A DNA stretch of 63,775 nucleotides, filler included, from Collodictyon triciliatum (lineage: Eukaryota), in the NCBI GenBank assembly GCA_043381765.1. It is 9 parts of 9 records of this genome, joined end to end, with 100 filler letters (N's around TTAATTAATTAA, not from the genome) between each part and the next. Parts side by side here need not be neighbours in the genome. Positions count along the whole stretch, not along the records: positions 59,611 to 63,775 come from JBHJMP010003999.1; 8 more parts are not named here. One strand, 5' to 3'. The translations under genes and the position numbers were made by a program. Below the pieces are notes generated by a model. It made no database searches and was not told where the DNA came from. It was given only the letters and a program-made list of their open reading frames with translations. Position 1 is the first letter of the stretch. Each line of letters opens with the position of its first letter. Below, in pieces: positions 59,845 through 63,775 of this stretch.

Positions 59845-60868
59845 ATGGCTGCCAAAAGCGATCAAACACTCACCGCAAAGGATGCGGCTGCATACAAAGA
59901 TTTGGTGGTTTGTATTCTTTTCTTTTCCTTTCTTTTCCAGTCTTTTCTTTTCTCCTGCCGCTCTCTCTCTCTCTGTCTCTTTTTTTTTTTTTTGGCCTTT
60001 AGGTCATCTGTCGTTTCGTTGTGAGTCTGTATTTCGAAATATGTTGAATACATATCCAATCTTTATCTTTGCTTTATTCAGCGCTTCTATGAGGAAAAAA
60101 GCTACAAGAAGGGACTCAAAGTCGCCGACACGATTCTTGCCAAGCATCCAAACCATGGAGGCACTTTTTATCACTGTTATTATCAAACTATTTTCAACTT
60201 TTGTCTCAATCGCTCATTCTTACACTCGCTCTTGTCGAATGTGCCAATCAGTCATTACATAGAGTATGATAAAGAGTTTGTTTATTTCCATAATTGCATG
60301 TCTATTACGCAGAGACTCAGTCCATGAAGGGTCTATTACTAGTCTCACTCGATCAAAAGGAAGAAGGAATGCAGCTTGCAAAAGAGGGCCTAAAAAACAA
60401 TATGAAGAGCCATGTCTGTATCCAGAACATTAAAAAATAAATCAAGAAGAAAAAAAAGGAAGACATAATAGTATACAAGTGAAGCATAATTCATGCAGTT
60501 TTTTTCTAATTGTTAATGTGATTTGTATATATATCGTTCATAATTCTTTGTGTGATGTTTGTTATTATCTGTAAGTAAATTTGAATGCTTCCTTCTTGAC
60601 ATCAGGTGTAACATTATTCTTTCAATTATTTTTTTATCCTTTACTTGCTGCTTTCGCATTTGACTCGATATTCTTGGTGCAATCACATTTCGTCGCCGAT
60701 CTTTTGCTATTCCCATCGATTGAATAGGCTGGCATGTGTTGGGAATTGTGCACCGCATCGCTAACGATTTCCAGGAAGCTAAAAAATGTTTCCAACTCGC
60801 ATTGAAGAGGGATCCAGTAAAAATATTTTAGATATATGATAAGCCGTCGCAGTTTTACTTTTCTTGAA

Positions 60869-60942
<74 letters not shown>

Positions 60943-63775
60943 GACTGATTGCAGTGATTTCCCAATACTTTTTCATTTTTCATTTTTTTCAATAAATTTT
61001 CTTGCTTTCCCTGAATGGAAGTACACTTGCACTCACTACATCATGAATGCTGTCGCATTTTTCAGGAAAATATGACCATTATTCGTGAACTTTCCGGCCT
61101 GCAAATCCAGTGTCGTGACTATGCTGGCTTCGCGGTAATTGATCCAATCCCACCTCAATGCGCACCTAAACTAAATGCCTGTATCAACTGCTCCTCAATT
61201 ATGTTTTCTTTCCTTCCATTCATCGTCAAAAATAAGACATCGTCAACACACGATTCCGCACACAGGAAACACGCCGCAAATTGACCATTCAATACCCCAA
61301 CAAACGAGCCTCGTGGATGTTGCTTGCATTTGCCCATCACTTGGCTAAGGACTATAAGGCTGCTCTGGAGTACATCTCCACCTGCGAGAAAGTCATTCCG
61401 GTTTGCCATTTCATTTGCAATACATGTATTACATATTCGGGATTAAATCTATATTTGAAAATTTCTTTAATATTTTGTTTTAAAAAAAACTGCATAGGTT
61501 CCGGGGAAAGATGCCAAAGTTTGTCAAGAATGATATATAACATCAATGTTCCATCTACTTTTAAAATTGATTCACTATTCACTCCCCTTTTCTTTGCGAT
61601 ACAAACCGACATTTGGTTATCACGATAAGAAATTCACATTTTTTTTCAGAGTTTGGATAGCCAAGTTGAATACAGCGAATCGTTGCTCTACAAGAATCAA
61701 GTTAGTTCCATTCGTAATGGCTCCGGCACCCTTAAAATGATGTTTATAGGAATATCATTTTCCTAGGGATATTTATTGCATGTACTTCTCTCAGATCTCC
61801 AGAGCGTCTGTGAACAATTTATTTCGCCTAGGTGATATTTGATAGCGGTGACTACAAAGCAGCTATGCAGCATTTGGAGCAAATCAACTCCGATGTCCTT
61901 GATAAATCTTACGTGCAGTACCAGAAAGGTATTTGTAATCCAATTCAATATTATTATTATTAATATTAATATTATCATTATTATTATTATTTAAAAAACA
62001 TATTTCAACAAGACTCTTTACATTCATGAACCTTACTGAGCCATTTCTTTCATCATATAATTTACTTTATGTGATGTCGCAGGGCGCATTTTGATTAAGC
62101 TTGGGCGTTTTCCAGAAGCATCCACAATCGTTTGTATTCCACTTATCCCTACGTATCATTCAACTTTTTTGGAAGTTTTCTTTTGTACTGATTCAGGAGA
62201 TTCAGAATATGGAAAAAAGGACTATTTCTTTATCCGAATTTCATCGTATGAAAGCGCGATGCTATGTCATCATCGAAATTCCTAAATTTATGCTGCCAAT
62301 CAGTTTATGGTACTGTTGAAGCGCAACGCCGACAATTATTCCTATCACTTTTGCTTGCAGTCTTGCTATACCAATGGAAATGAAAACGGTAAAAATTTGG
62401 CACATTTTCATCATTTACAATCGTATCTCTTTTTCCTCGCGTCTATGATTTATCCGCAATTTTTTCTTCACAAATTTCTTTATAAGAATAATTAAGCATT
62501 CATACATGCTTTGTAGCCGAACAGGAATTAATATATTCTGTTTCTTTCCACAAACCACTATTTTTAAACCTACCTCATTTTTTTTAGTTGACGGAAATAT
62601 TCCACAAGAATATTATGACAAGCTTGTTGAGATCTATGATGATTTATTCCAAAAGTTTCCAAAGTCAGAAACATGCAAACTCCTTGCGTTGAGATTCTAC
62701 AAAGGTCTAAGCGTCAGCCTCAAGCATATTTATTTTATTTAGGACTTTCTCGTCCATCCATTTTTTTTTTTCATCTGTCTCTTCCCTCATGTCTCGATTC
62801 ACTTCTTGATTCTTAATTTTCCTTCTTTCAATTCTTTCCAAATAACCAAACCCATTCACCTTATAATCGCGTTTAGGAGAGCACTTCGCCACCCGAGTCC
62901 GTGATTTTATGCTCCGATCCCTTCGAAACGGAATCCCATCGCTTTTTTCCAACCTAAAGCAGATTATCAAGAACCAAGATAAAGTGCGGATAAAAATTTT
63001 AACAATTACTTGAGAAAAAAAAATTACTCTTACCTCTTACACCAAACCAAAAATTCACTTTGCTTTTGAAGTTTGCTTATGTAGCACTTTATTTCTTTAG
63101 TGCGAACTTGTTGAGCGAATGATTCTCGAATTTATTGAAAGCCTTCGAAAAACTGGGAAATATAACGAATCCGGTATTTTGTTTTATTAAGAAAATCGAA
63201 GTATAATTATTTAATAGTATCAGGAAATACAAGTGTGTGGAAATATCATAAAAGTCACAGTATCATCTCATGGTTTGTTACAATTTTTCGAAAATACTGG
63301 AAATACAACCAATCAAATGAATCGACCTATCAAACGACAGACGAGGAAAGAGAATCGCCAGCAAGTTTGCTCTATGCTCTCTACTTTGCTGCCCAATTTT
63401 TCGACAAGAAGAAAGACTCTGTCAGAGCACTTGCATTCATCAACGAGGTGATGAATATTTCACTTTTTGCATTACAAATACCGCTTCACTTTCATCCACC
63501 CACCGTGTACTTATTCTAATTGTCTCTCATAATAATTCGTTTTCAAGGCCATCGAACATACACCAACATTGCCGGATCTGTACTTGACAAAGGCTCGAAT
63601 TTTCAAGGTGAATGCTCCTGCTTTCTCCATGAAACTTCATAAACTTTCTCTTGGCCCCCTCTTTACCCTCCATAATCCCCGCTTGTTCAATATTTTCTTT
63701 GCCTTTTCATTCTAAGCTCCTTTTTTTTTTTTTTTAAACCACTTTGGTGTTTTGACAAAACCTCGTAAATTTAAA
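59845..63775 (+). CDS. NAA15: NatA N-terminal acetyltransferase auxiliary subunit (TPR protein), 3'-partial, more than 12 exons
   Basis: Spliced: RFYEEKSYKKGLKVADTILAKHPNHGETQSMKGL...GLKNNMKSHVCWHVLGI...IIRELSGLQIQCRDYAGFAETRRKL...AIEHTPTLPDLYLTKARIFK. Confidence 0.95.

Overview
Eukaryotic (protist-like, intron-rich, mostly AT-rich) DNA. The window is not one locus: it is nine unlinked contigs, most about 7.5 kb, joined by artificial N-TTAATTAATTAA-N linkers (contigs approx. 1-7488, 7589-15072, 15173-22653, 22754-30230, 30331-37820, 37921-45395, 45496-51938, 52039-59510, 59611-end). Recognisable genes: Rac GTPase, GT31 galactosyltransferase, the 3' end of squalene epoxidase, a TRP/FLC-like surface membrane protein with a coding (Ser-Gln)n stalk, a GBP-family GTPase with an AT-AC minor intron, two LRR paralogs, a USP14/Ubp6 pseudogene, a PiT phosphate transporter and NAA15. 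The best candidate for a new system is a pair of paralogous large genes (274-7112 and 52442-59436). Once spliced, the first joins RRM-like domains, a microbial-type PARG macrodomain, 10 tandem PBZ-type zinc fingers and a DarT/DUF3626-like ADP-ribosyltransferase-fold domain, i.e. a putative ADP-ribose writer, reader and eraser in one protein. The second keeps the architecture and two intron positions, has lost the catalytic residues of both enzyme domains, and carries 14 fingers. A decayed Polinton-like virus/virophage-type element (SF3 helicase, A32 packaging ATPase, minor capsid) lies where the USP14 pseudogene breaks off. All family assignments come from reading motifs by eye; no searches were run.
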